The notes under the pieces: generated by a model
The model's input: only the letters and a program-made list of their open reading frames with translations
Told to the model about the DNA's origin: nothing
Database searches by the model: none
From: Basidiobolus meristosporus CBS 931.73
Taxonomy: Eukaryota; Fungi; Basidiobolomycota
NCBI GenBank assembly: GCA_002104905.1
Contig: MCFE01000566.1
Location: 1 to 57,288 of the forward strand
Direction of reading: 5' to 3'
Length of the DNA: 57,288 nucleotides
Shown here: in pieces, positions 12,392-24,893 of the stretch
How the letters are laid out: the number at the start of each line of letters is the position of its first letter
Position numbering within the stretch: the stretch's first letter is position 1
Program-made: the position numbers and the translations under genes

Positions 12392-14565
12392 TCAAGAACG
12401 GCGGAATTTCATGGCGACCTTTCGCTTTTGCGACATATTTAGAACAGCTGTTGAAACAGGGTGGATTGAGTAACTTGGATGAATTTGCAGATAAATTGAA
12501 CGTGCCGTACCATCCTTTCTCTTAACACGATCTCCATAAAAGTGCTGGGATTTAAAGTCGCTGATAGATTCGGGAACCGGCTTGCTCTTCGCTTGGTTAG
12601 TTAAGGAGACCACCTTGATATTGCTAGATGAAAAAGTTAATACGAAGGTAAACGTACATTTTAGAATGCAGACTATCTCACCCTATATTTTTTTCACCCT
12701 TCACTCTCTTTTGCTTACGACTAGTTTCTTCCAATTCCTCCAAGTCATCAAGTCGAGTATGCTTCCCATGCTTTACGGGCTTTTTCTCAGCAGGCCTATT
12801 GATGTCAAACTTTGAGTAAAACAACGCCTATGGGCGGCAGGACATTTTGAGAGAGCACTTACTTCGTCGCATCCATATCAGCGACCATTTCAAGCATCTC
12901 CAATGGTAATGTAGTAGGAATTTCAAGCGGCTCCGCTTCTTCTTCTGGTTCAAACTCTATCTCGGGAAGTTTTTTCTGAGACATACGGTCCTTCTTGGCA
13001 GCCTTTTGCTTCTTCAATTTCGTGTCTACCTCGCGTCTTTTGCTCTTTTGTTGCTCAGCGAGAAGCTGTGCAGCTTCACGTTCTTGTCTCTTCGCCTCCA
13101 ATGCTGAGGATTTGCCAGTACTCATAGAAATGGCCTCAGGCGCATCATCATCACTGTCACTATTCTCTGGCTCGCTTGGCTGAGCATATTCGCCAACATC
13201 AGATGTCGGGGCATTTTGGGCAACATCCTCCATCTCTTCATCCGATTCATTGTCTGGTTGCTCATCAAATATTTGATGAGTGCCAGTACTGTTTGATTTA
13301 GGAGTTGTCTGCTTTGAGGCAGCTTTCGGCGACTCAGGTTCAGGAGTGGTAGCCTTGGTTGCGTCTTGTTCTTGTGTTGTTGATTCTGGTGAACCAATAT
13401 CGGACGTACCAGAGATCACGGTATCGTTTTGGACGGACTCTTGAGAAACTGTAACTTCTTCAGTTATTTTCATCTCCGCATCCTCTAAACTGCTTCTTAC
13501 AGTAGTTGTTGTGATATCCTTACGGACAGATTGTGGTGTGGTTTGATTAGAACCAGCCCCAATCTTAACTGATGTAGAAGTTGTTCTTTGTATCAAAATA
13601 TCGTCCTCCAAAATGGCATCACCTTTAGGCCCCAAAGGCGAATTAAACTCGTCATTAAATAAGGGCGATTGTCTAGCTCTTTCAGCCTAGAGCAAATGCA
13701 AAAGACAATTGTTATCAGCTTCATCCAAGTATGAAAACATTTAACCTAGATAGCTTACACTCTTAAAAGGCTTCGCTTCGGGGGTACCAGGCTTGAATGG
13801 GCTTTTAACATCTAGGGGAATAGATCTATTATCCCCCAATGTAGCAACAATACTAATTTCATCCTCCTTGTTCTCGTCACTCTCCTCTTGGCTTTGTACA
13901 AGATCACTTATGAGGTTTCTCTTGGGCATTTCTTCCTTCTGAGCTCTAGTAACAGGTGCAGGAGTTTCCAAGGTTGCAGCTTTTCTACCGCGCCTGCTAG
14001 TAGCAGGTGTTTTAGCGGAGAGAGGCTCTGCAATGGTGGGGCGAGGCTCGGTCTTACGTGCACGACTACGCAAACGCTTGACAAGTGGGGGAGAGGTCAA
14101 CTGAGGGGTGGAAGGAGTAGACTGCTCCGGCTCCTCATTCTGTGAAGCAATCTCGGTTTGTTCTGATTCAGCTGCATTCACCGTTTGATCATCTACTGGT
14201 TGCTCTTGTTTTTCTTTGGGCAACCTGCCTCTAGGACGTAGAGTGGTTTTTGGTGTAGCTGCTGAAGCTTCGGCAACTTTTGACACCCTGGCAACTGGCT
14301 GGGTTTTAGCTCTGCTTTCCGAGGCATTTCTAGAGCTCCTTGCAGCGGGGGTTTGTGGCTCAGCCTCGGCTAGATTGAGTTTGCCCCTGGGCAAAGGTGT
14401 CCTAGATTCTTTACTTGGTGAAGACGGTTCTTCAATGGGGTTTTCATTCTTTCTAAGACGACTACGAAGACGAGAAGAAATGGGAGGAGAAGTAAGATTT
14501 CGGAGGCCAGTCTTGGGGGTAGAAGGGATTTCGCCTCTGGGCTTGCGGGGAGTCTTGGGAGGCAT
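12392..14565 (-). CDS. Probable U3 snoRNA-associated (BUD21/UTP16/NOL7-like) protein with a long disordered N-terminus, multi-exon
   Basis: ORF 13741-14565 splices (PFKS|gtaagc...ctag|AERARQ) into ORF 12859-13635, which has DSDDDAPEAISMSTGK and a charged coiled coil. Later exons carry KHGKHTRLDD and HFYGDRVKRKD...KRKVAMKFRRS. The family call is from motif memory only. Confidence 0.5.
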
Positions 14566-15229
14566 GTTGACCTACAAAAAATATATACGCTTATTTCAGA
14601 ACAGATTGTTAGCCGAGCCCTTAGACCTGAAGTGTCTTCAACAATACCTTGATTATCTTTTGGATATAAAGAGAAACAAAAAGAATGTATCAATGTAGTG
14701 TGGTGGCTCAAGGATACCAATGAAACACGAAAAGTGACGTTTTTTATGTTTATTTCCAATCATCATGTTGCTCATTTTATCCTATCCCTATGGCCACATA
14801 ATTCATTGTACTTGAAATTTTTTTTCGTTCCTCAAATTTCTATTGAAATCTCCAGCATCCCGAACCCAGCTCATCAGGAAAGCATTTGCTCATTGTTATT
14901 AACACCGAAGAATCAGATCATTGATGGGAATGGTGAGCCCAATTGGGATAATATTTGACCTTTTAATACTGTGAAGTTGGAGTATTCACATGGTTTCCTT
15001 AAATCTAGATATTTCGCTTGGGGAAGCTTTCAACAAAAACGGATGATTTCTCTGGATATACGACCTCTTACCACACGATCTTCAATTATTTACAAATCAA
15101 AGAACGAGTCAGACTTGCATGAAAATATCGAAAAAACCCGGAAAGAATTATATTATATGGAAGGTATGGGGAGGAGAGTAACAGTGCTGGGAGTTGGCAG
15201 TTCTAATGTGATTCTAAACCATATCCAGA

Positions 15230-16744
15230 TTAGATATCCATGGATTCATCGTCCTCATCATCAACATCGGCTTCCATTTCATCATCATCTTCAGATTCGC
15301 TGTCATCAGCAGGTAGGGTAAGAGTGGGCTTCTCTTCGACTACAGCTTCAGATCCGGGAGCGATACCGCGCCCTTCAAATGAGCGACGAACACCAGGGTT
15401 GGTAGCCAAGTCCCAAATATGAACTTCACCCTTGGAACCAGCAACTCCGAGCTGGAAAGCAGAATCAGGGCAGAAGGTTGCACTGAAGATCTTTCCAACA
15501 TCCAAGTTACGGCTGGTAACCATACTGGGTTTGTTCTCCTTAATATCCCAAACCTTGACAACCTTATCAGTAGAGCCTGTAACAAGTAGTCCAGGGATAA
15601 CTGGGTTGACATCCATAGCGGAGACAGGGGAGTCGTGGGCATGAAGTGTGAACAAGGCGGAGGTATTGGGGTTACGAACGTCAAAGCACTGAACGGTTCC
15701 AGATTCAGTTGAAACATAGAATTGTTGAGGTTGGAATGGATCCCATCTGATGCATTCAACATCGGACTCAATAGTCCAGGTAGAGATACTTTCGGGTGAG
15801 CGAGAGTCGAAGGCAGCAATGACTTTATCGTAACCACCGGTAAGCATAACAGTGGATTCAACAGGATGCCACATCACAGTCTGGACCTTATCCTTGTGGT
15901 GGTCGAAGGATCTGACGCATGAGGCGGTGGCCAAATCCCAGATCTTGACTGTGGTATCGGCTGAAGAACTAGCAAGGAGATTACGATGGTTCTTGTTCCA
16001 AGAGAGAGACATAACGGCATCAGTATGATAGTTGGGGTTGACCTTCTTGGCCTTTTTGCCGCGCTTGGCTTTCTTGTCGGGATTGCCAAGAATGAGATCG
16101 GGATACATGGAGTCTACGGTGTCCAAATCCCAGATTTCAATATCAGGGTCGAATGTTCCAACGGCGACGAAGTTTCCTGATCCCTCACCAGCTTGCTTGC
16201 CGACCTTGAAGTCGAGCCACTCAAGGCACAATGGGAAAGATGGCAACATAATGTCATGATGAACATACAGGTTGTCTTCGTTTTCTTCGTACACATAAAT
16301 CTCCATGTGACTGATATCGTCCTCAGTCTTGGCAGCAAGCAAGAGATTGTCGGTAGGCAAGATTTGGAGCTCTTCTTTCTCGGAGTCTTCTTCGTCATTG
16401 ATGGTGATATATGGGTCTTCCTTGTTCGAGTTATAGTAAGTCAGACCTTTGACTTTACCGAAAATCGAAACGTCCTGCTCCTCTCCCTCCTCTTCCTCAG
16501 GGGCAGGAGTATCGTAGTTTTCGAGATCATATTCGGCCAATTCAGGATCAATGACAGTTTCCTTCTCAGCTGCCTCAACTTCGGCGCCGGTTTCCTCCTG
16601 CGCTTCTTCTAGTTCACCTTGTGCGCGAGCGAGTTCTTCGGCAGCAAGGGTCTGGATTCTTTCGTACTCTTTCTCGTCGATATCATATTTCTTTGGGTTC
16701 TCACTAGCAACACCCCTTCTAATCCAGCATAAGGCGGAGATCAT
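15230..16744 (-). CDS. PWP1: Periodic tryptophan protein 1 (WD40, ribosome biogenesis), intronless
   Basis: MISALCWIRRGVA start, acidic region, EDNLYVHHDIMLPSFPLCLEWLD, GNFVAVGTFDPDIEIWDLD, WD40 repeats and an acidic tail. Confidence 0.93.
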   Translation of the reverse strand: MISALCWIRRGVASENPKKYDIDEKEYERIQTLAAEELARAQGELEEAQEETGAEVEAAEKETVIDPELAEYDLENYDTPAPEEEEGEEQDVSIFGKVKGLTYYNSNKEDPYITINDEEDSEKEELQILPTDNLLLAAKTEDDISHMEIYVYEENEDNLYVHHDIMLPSFPLCLEWLDFKVGKQAGEGSGNFVAVGTFDPDIEIWDLDTVDSMYPDLILGNPDKKAKRGKKAKKVNPNYHTDAVMSLSWNKNHRNLLASSSADTTVKIWDLATASCVRSFDHHKDKVQTVMWHPVESTVMLTGGYDKVIAAFDSRSPESISTWTIESDVECIRWDPFQPQQFYVSTESGTVQCFDVRNPNTSALFTLHAHDSPVSAMDVNPVIPGLLVTGSTDKVVKVWDIKENKPSMVTSRNLDVGKIFSATFCPDSAFQLGVAGSKGEVHIWDLATNPGVRRSFEGRGIAPGSEAVVEEKPTLTLPADDSESEDDDEMEADVDDEDDESMDI

Positions 16745-18124
16745 GGCGAAGTGAAAAGTCAATAGAAAGTAAGAAGAAAAGAGTGTGCTGAAAACGAAAA
16801 CTCCTCGACTTTTTTCTAACTGCAACGAAAATCCTCTTCACCACATTAATCTGATCACTTTTTTTCTTGCTGATCATCCATTAGTATCAAACGAACTATT
16901 TTTCTTTTTTTTTTCAGACCTACAGTGAGGCTTCGTCGCATCACGTGATATATATTACAGGATTATTTGTACCAGAACTACTAATCAATGGAGTAAGAAT
17001 CCGGCAGTCCACAGATCTGCAAATCAAGAAATAGCAGATTGCGGTGAAGAATGGGCCGGCATAATCCAAGCAAAATTGGCACAACATTGGATAGAGTATT
17101 GGCAATCCCATTCCAAGAGTTGCCGGAGCTGAATTCAGCAAGGATCCATTAGGAAACATTACTAACGATATCAGTTTTCCTAGTCTGGCTGGAGGTTTCC
17201 CAAATCAACCCTAGCATGCTTTGGTTGTAGGATTATGACTCTGGGGCATCCGGATTACTATTATTTATATCCTGCAAATTTGAGCAGTGGCATGTACATA
17301 TCTTGATATATGGGCATACCCTCCCCACTAGAGGCTAGTTGATGGACCACCTTCGTGTCACGTGACATAGAATAGAGAGATACATCCGCCGCTAATTATA
17401 GATAAATAACGCTTGAAGGGAAGAGCTAGATGGCTCATGTGATTGCTCGACCATTGCTGCCCAACTGTCAACCATTCAATTTGTTGGCCTCTGCCCAGAA
17501 GTAATTAAATGTGTTGATACTGATCAACTATTCGCTGGCCCAACATAGAGTTGTGATTGACTTGGCCACTAGAAAGAATTGCCGTCCTTGATGGGTTTGA
17601 TCAATCATTATTGCTGAAACATTCTTTCAGTCTTCAGTGAGCCAAGGCATTTCGTATTACAATACCATCAGGCGATACACCTCAAAGAATTTGAGTGGGA
17701 ATAGTCATGAGCACCATGTATGTATATATTTATATATTGAGTTTGCTATTGAAACGGCATTGACTTGGAGTATCACCCCTTGCAACTGCCCCAACAATAC
17801 CTAGCTTGGATGCGTCATTCTCTATTGCTTAAACACGGATGATTTTATTGGATTTCTATTCCAGATCTGTCAGAGTTAAAGCTAAAGGCCAACCAAAAAT
17901 GTGAAAGAAATCTCGCCGATCTTTAGTTTACATCCTACTATTTATTCCTATATATATACTCCAGCCATATGTTGGTGATATCATTCCATGCAACACTTTA
18001 TCACACGATATTTCTAGAGATATGAATCAGTTTATTGTTGAATAGCCAACCAATGAATTCTTATGGGGGATAGAATTCAAGTTAGACTTGAATATAAATA
18101 GTTGATCCATGCCCTGAATTATAA

Positions 18125-18586
<462 letters not shown>

Positions 18587-19242
18587 AGAGGTTCTGGTTG
18601 CGAGAGCTACCCCTAGTTCCTTGTTAGCTTAACTTTCAACAATTATTTTCACGATAAACCTGTATTCTTTATTATATTTGTTTCATCGCTATTTACATGT
18701 ATAATCTTTCTTATTTTATAAATGGCCTTTAGTTCGTATTGGAAATAAATTCGAAGAGTAAAGGACATCGAAGAGAGATGGTTGATTCGTTGCTGAAAAC
18801 CGAAGGTGAATTGCAATCATGAAAAATTTGAGATGGCTCTAAGGTAGCGTGGTGGACGAGGATAGGGCGAGTTTACCTTCGAGGGCACTCAGCTCAAACA
18901 ACTGGTCAATGATCAATCATAGGTGGCGTACCAGAATTCCAATTATTAGGCTAAGACCGAATTAGCTGTCATCTTCATAAATGTAATGGCTCCAACATGA
19001 CTACGTCTACTTGATTCGCTTGATGTATTTCTAATTTTCAGGTACCTTGCCTGTCGATGTCGTGTCAAACAAAGGCGATTAGATGTAACAGCTTATTTTC
19101 AACTCCTTGTACTGTGAATTTTATCAACTGATTTGATGGAATAAGCAAGCGAGGAACAAAGTACACTTAGAGAAAACCAAATAGAGCCTACGAAGATAAT
19201 GGGGGGGGGTGAAGGGAGGGGAGGGAACGATCATTAAAAACA

Positions 19243-22200
19243 CTATTTGATCTTTAAAGTACGTTGCTTTTCTGCGTGTTCCACGATCTTTCTTTCCACA
19301 AATAGACCCTATGAGAGAAATTGGATATGGTTAGATGAATTTCACCAACTTGTTTTTTCATAGGGTTACGATTGACTTACCTTACGCTTTCGAACTCCGT
19401 CCATATACTTCTTGGCTAGATTCTCTTTATCGGCCTTTTCGCCCAAATCTTCTAGTTCCTCTTCAGTTGTGGGTACCCAGAATGGGTCCTGGTCCAACAT
19501 TTCGAATCCGCAGAATACCAATTGAGGACTGGCAGCGCCAGATGTACGCTTACGAATATCGTCGGCAAAACCGAAACTTTCCACGACGGGTAGTAAGGCC
19601 TTGATGTGGAAGAATGGTGTCCCATCCTTCAGCTCTTCTGACAAGATCTTTCCTCTACGTCTGGATAAAACTGCGTATACCTTTCCTAACACATCGGTTT
19701 GCGCTTGAATTTCACAAGAATACATGGCTAGCAATAAGCGTGGAGACCAAGCCAGCAATCCTTGACGACAAGCTTCTTTCATTGCGTAGATTATCTGGCC
19801 GGAAACCATGCCGAGCTTAGAGCGAGCGGTGATGTCATCGTCTTCTTCGTCGTTCTCTACAATGAATTCCTCCAGGAAGAAGCACATTCCGGCCATGGGC
19901 TCAGAGCATAAAGGCCCGGCAAATGTAGCAAGCTGGAATCCGGTATTGATGCTTTCTTCGAACTCACGGATTGTGTTTCTGGTGGAGTCCAGTGCTTCAT
20001 CTTTGCTACCTTCTGGTGAATCCACTTCATCGTCACTCACTCGTGCTTCGGCCTTGGTGTCTTGCTTGAACCAAGACTTTCCTCCGGGGACATTGTTAAC
20101 CAAGATATTGGGTCCTGCACGCTTGGGCCCAAACATCCATATCTTATCAACAACACCTTGCCAGATGTCACCACCCGACTTCTTGAACTTGTGCTCCAAT
20201 TTCTCCTTGAATTCGGCTAGCGACAGCTCTTGCTTGATTGTGCTGGTGCCGGCAATGTCAGCAGTGATGTTCTCAGCCGTGACATCTTCCTCATTTGTCG
20301 AGTTCTTGTTGTCTTTTTCATTGGACAGTCTCTTTAGAGTGTTGATGTTTTTGTTGAGGAATTTCACAACCTTGGGTGGCAAGGGCATGGAGCGAATCTT
20401 AAGGGTGCACATCTTGTTGGGAGTAGACATGCTGATTACACCGCGTTGATCGTTTCTGGGTGCATCGGTAGGAACGACTGCCGTCTCACGGAATGGCACG
20501 ATTGGGGATGACACCTGAATCTCAATCTTGGCAAATCTCTCTTTCAGGTCAGTGAGGCATCTCTCAAGATGCAGCTCACCAGCGGTCAAAAGAACATGCT
20601 CACCAGTCTCTTGGACGACCACCTCTACTGATGGATCGGCTTGGTTTAGCATTCTGAGTCCCTCAACCAAAATTGGCATCTCGGACGGGTTGACTGGCTC
20701 CAAAGCCACACGAACAATAGGTGCGGTCTCATTCTTCGATGCCCCTAGACTGGGGCACTCCTTGGTGCTACTGATCGTACCGCTCTTCAAGATATGTCCC
20801 TCGATGCCCCCAATACCAAACACGTTTCCAGCAGGTACTTCTTGTAATGCCTGCAGCTCTCGTCCCATTATCAGATAAAGGTTCTGAACCTTGATCTGGC
20901 TACAATGGCGGTCCGGATATGCAGGATCATACTTCGGACCAAGCACGTACAAAGTTTGCCCAACACGTACGGTTCCTGAGTACACTCTAGCGAAGCCAAT
21001 TAGAACTTCTTTAGAAACGGGGTCACTAGAGGACTCGTCCACTTTTTCCTCCACTTTGTTTGGCTCTTCCAGGATTGCGGGATCCAGTGCGATTCCATGA
21101 TCGCCAGTAACTGACTGGCTGGCCTCTCTGGCTGCGCGAATAGTCCTGCCGCGTGCTCTCATTTCCTCTGCTGTCAGCTGGATTCTTCTGTTCTCCGGTA
21201 GTAATTCCTGAGGGACTGAGATCACCTTGGAGATATACGCAGCAACGGGGGATTCCTCCTTGCGTTCGCAATTGAACAACGCAGCCTCGAGTTCGTTCTT
21301 GGGGCTGGGGGCTTCGCTCTCGTAAGGGTACAAAATCTTCGGAATGCGGTAGCTCTGTGCATCCCGTGGGGAGGGAAGTTGATCGACAATTGCCAGAAGA
21401 ATGGAGGTGGACAATGGAAGCCATTGGCTGAATATGGCGCTTAGTAGAATCTTGGTGTCCTTGGATCTCATGTCGCGGGGCAAAATTTTAAGATTCAACG
21501 CCTTCACAATCTTCTCGATCTTCTCTTGGTTGCTAGCAACAAACGAATCTTTAGAGATGGTTAGGCCAGGCAATTGTGCGCGTAATACACTTACTTGTTC
21601 ATGACTACGCAGTCGTAAACTGCCCAGATGTTCTCCAGAACGAATTGCACGAACATCGGCTTGAGCTGGCGACCTTTTAAATGGCGATGTTGAATGATTC
21701 GCTTTGACTTCGGGTCCAGATAATAATCGCCCCATAGGGTCTTCTTGAGAAGGGATTCCTTGATCTTCAACTTATCGGCGTACAGTTGAGCGAATTGGTC
21801 GACCCTAGAAATCACCCAAGTCAGCAACACTCTTCACAACCACCCACTATTCAACATCGATGAAAACTACCTGAATGCCCAGCCATCGATGGCACTGGCG
21901 AACAGCACATTTCCTAACTCTGGTGCGAAATAAATATGAGAGTCATCTCTATCTTCTATGGTCCAATCATAAAATTGTTGCTCTAATGGCTCTGTTTCCG
22001 CTTCTGAATTGGTGCGAGCGATCTGTAAAGGAGTTGGGCCTCCAAAGTTACCAACTGGCTGTGTGTGTTTTCAAGGTATTGCCTACCTACCTTCTCGGCT
22101 TCAACCTTGCGGGCTTCTTCCTCCATCAATTCAGCAGTGAAGAACGTGGCCATGATGGCATTGACTTGCTCGAGGATGTTGTTTAAATGTGTGTAGGCTT

Positions 22201-22855
22201 CCAGAGGAGTAAGTTGGAGTTCGGTAATCAGCCTATCAATCTTGTTGAGCACCAACACTGGTCGAACATTTTCTAACCAAGCCTGTCGAAGTACTGTGTG
22301 GGTCTACTAAAAAGAATAGAGCATGATTAACTGAAACATTATACCAAGTGCCGGTCAACAGAATTTGGTTACCTGAGTACAAACACCTTCCACAGCGTCC
22401 ACAAGCACCAAAGCACCATCGCAAAGTCTAGAGGCCGTGGATACCTCACTATAGAAATCGACATGCCCGGGCGAATCGATCAAATTGATTAAATATTGTT
22501 CGGATTTCACGACGATTTCTGCTCAAGAGCAAGGCTTGGTTCAGCGCATTGTTGCAAATGTGGTAGTTTGACAAAAGCCACACTCACCATTTTCCTCGCG
22601 CATTCGCTTCATGATCTTGAAATACAAGCTAATGGCGCTAGACTCCATGGTAATCCCACGCATTTGCTCATCTTCACGACTATCTAAATACCGAATCTTT
22701 CCCGCGAGCTTGCCGGAGATGATTCCGTTGGAAGCAAGCAACGAATCTGACAGAGTGGTCTTTCCGTGATCGACATGGGCTAATATACAAATATTACGTA
22801 TGTTGCTGACATTGCTCTGAATAGAAGCAAGCTGTGCGGTGGTGATCGCTGGCAT
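19243..22855 (-). CDS. EFL1: Elongation-factor-like GTPase 1 (60S maturation, eIF6 release), multi-exon
   Basis: [26 protein letters not shown] (G1), [64 protein letters not shown]. Last exon [21 protein letters not shown] ends at 19243. Confidence 0.95.
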
Positions 22856-22876
22856 TCTTTACTACTGATGGAATCT

Positions 22877-23572
22877 CTACAAATGTTGGGTTAAAAGAAA
22901 CTCGCTCGGACAAGCAAAGCCAATCCCAACCTTTACAGATAAGCAAAATCTACCACCAAACGATGTGTCGTTTTTTTTTTCGTTGAATTTGGTCAAGGCA
23001 GATGGGGAATTTGGATGACAAATGGCATTTTTAATCGGATGATTTTTAGACTGCGCATTGGAGCCTGCATGATTCTTCGTTTTCACGGTTGCTGCGGATC
23101 CATGGGAAACGGCATCTTGACTAAACTGCGCGTAGAAACATGCCATTAGTAATGAAAAGAATGTTCTACTCCCCAGGATCGCCACAGTCAACGCCGGACA
23201 GTGGCAATGTACGCCCTGCACTCGGTATAGAAAAGGCCCAACCGTGAGGCGAATCGGTTCATGGTGAGAATGGCCTAGCATTCGGCAAAGATTTCCCAAA
23301 GGTTTCATAACTGCGGAAATCCCTTGATGGAAGAGCAGTGGCTCAACAACTACGCTCGCTGGAAGTCCAACCCCAAATATGGGTTCTAGAACGAACCGGA
23401 TCAAGGGTTGTACTATCTGTACCACCATGCAAATCACGGAGGGGGATGGAGGAGTTGATCCGCAAAGAGCAAATAGTGAAATGGCCTTCTCAAGCACGGT
23501 AGGTGGCTTGTCCTTGCTGGGCTGCCTCTGAAGGCAACCAATTCTAGCAAGCTTAGGTTGTTGTGTTTTCAT
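22877..23572 (-). CDS. Unidentified 231-codon ORF, possibly the 3' part of a spliced gene
   Basis: Long stop-free frame with no recognisable domain; it ends 21 nt before the EFL1 ATG. Confidence 0.3.
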   Translation of the reverse strand: MKTQQPKLARIGCLQRQPSKDKPPTVLEKAISLFALCGSTPPSPSVICMVVQIVQPLIRFVLEPIFGVGLPASVVVEPLLFHQGISAVMKPLGNLCRMLGHSHHEPIRLTVGPFLYRVQGVHCHCPALTVAILGSRTFFSLLMACFYAQFSQDAVSHGSAATVKTKNHAGSNAQSKNHPIKNAICHPNSPSALTKFNEKKNDTSFGGRFCLSVKVGIGFACPSEFLLTQHL

Positions 23573-24893
23573 TTTGACTTGTTCTGTCGATCTCTTGGTA
23601 TTATGATCTCTGTCAATATCCCGTTGCTATCTAATGGATGATTTACAACATTCTCGTGGTAGTTTGCAGTTTGCATTCCGCAATACATTTTGGGGCAAAG
23701 TACTATCCAGTCGCACCGCCATGCTGCTGATATGAATGATTAAACTGTGCACTCCGAATAAGAACCCAGTCAACAAGCTGAAGATATCACTACTACACAG
23801 GTAAGACTATCCTGCTCCGTTGGTTGGTGCATAGGTTCATCAATACAGATATCCATTGAGTTGCAGATGATATGCTTTGGGGGGGGGGTGTTGATGGTCG
23901 AATGCGTTTCTTTGGTGGCTCAGGAACAGTGATGGTATATTAGAATTACCATGACCCCCTGCCATTACGAAGGTAAGGATACCTTCTTTGTTACCTGCCC
24001 AACGTAGCCGTGGTAAATGACCCGTAATCAATGTAAACATCGGTAAGTTGCACCAGAGTATGCGGATATCTGAGATAATAAATGATGATCATCAACCATA
24101 AACCTGGCAATATTCCCGAGTGTAAGTCTACGCGACATACTCTGATCTTGGCTGTATATTACTATGCAGCTCCCTTTGCATGAGCTCTTATTCAGAAAAC
24201 GTCCACCAGATCACTCGACTAACGCTGGGAAGTCTGTTCATCGTAGTGAATGCTCAAGCTCCGAGGAGGAACTTGTTGGCTACTCTAGAGATCAAAGATA
24301 TGTTGGATAGGACCAGAATTGTCAAGAATCTTTGATTCTCAAAATATCCACTGCGTTCCACACACCCTACAATTAACAATAAGACAAAAGAAATGCTCTT
24401 TCAATTCAATGGTCCAATAGACGAACACGCTGCCCAATATTTCTTTTCACTTCTCAGTGTCTAGAAGGGCTTGCTTCAAAATTAACATGGTTATGAGCAG
24501 TTTGGTGAATGGGTATCCAAATTGGGGTTGCACTTATGATGGGAAAACGGCCTACGTAAATTGCATCGTAGAATCTTGCCAACGCATTCAGCGGTACTAA
24601 GACAGGTCAAAACTCTTAGTTCGGGAATTTCACAATGCTATATATCCTCCAGAATTCATGAATGTAGGTGCTACTCTAACATGTACTACGGAGCCAGTCC
24701 GAAATTACTGTAGCTTCCAAGAGATGCAGAGTACAGAGCCCACTGTCGAGTCAACCCCGCATTTCCTGCTTGATCATTTTCCAATAAGTGAACTGTAAGA
24801 TGTCTGATGGTTCGGAACTTTGCACTGATAGCCATGGACGGCTTGAACTGCACCGTCACTCGAGGAGGCAGAAGTAGTACTAGAGACACGGGT

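Noticed and set aside
14813-14827. RRPE-like TGAAATTTTT motif, and apparent clustering of ribosome-biogenesis genes (BUD21-like, PWP1, EFL1)
   Set aside because: Imperfect match in AT-rich DNA with no PAC motif seen; three such genes within 10 kb of a gene-dense genome is compatible with chance.
13888-16754. Overlapping ORFs opposite the BUD21-like gene and PWP1 (also those opposite EFL1 and the tyrosinase)
   Set aside because: Antisense or alternative-frame shadows of real genes with no recognisable domains.
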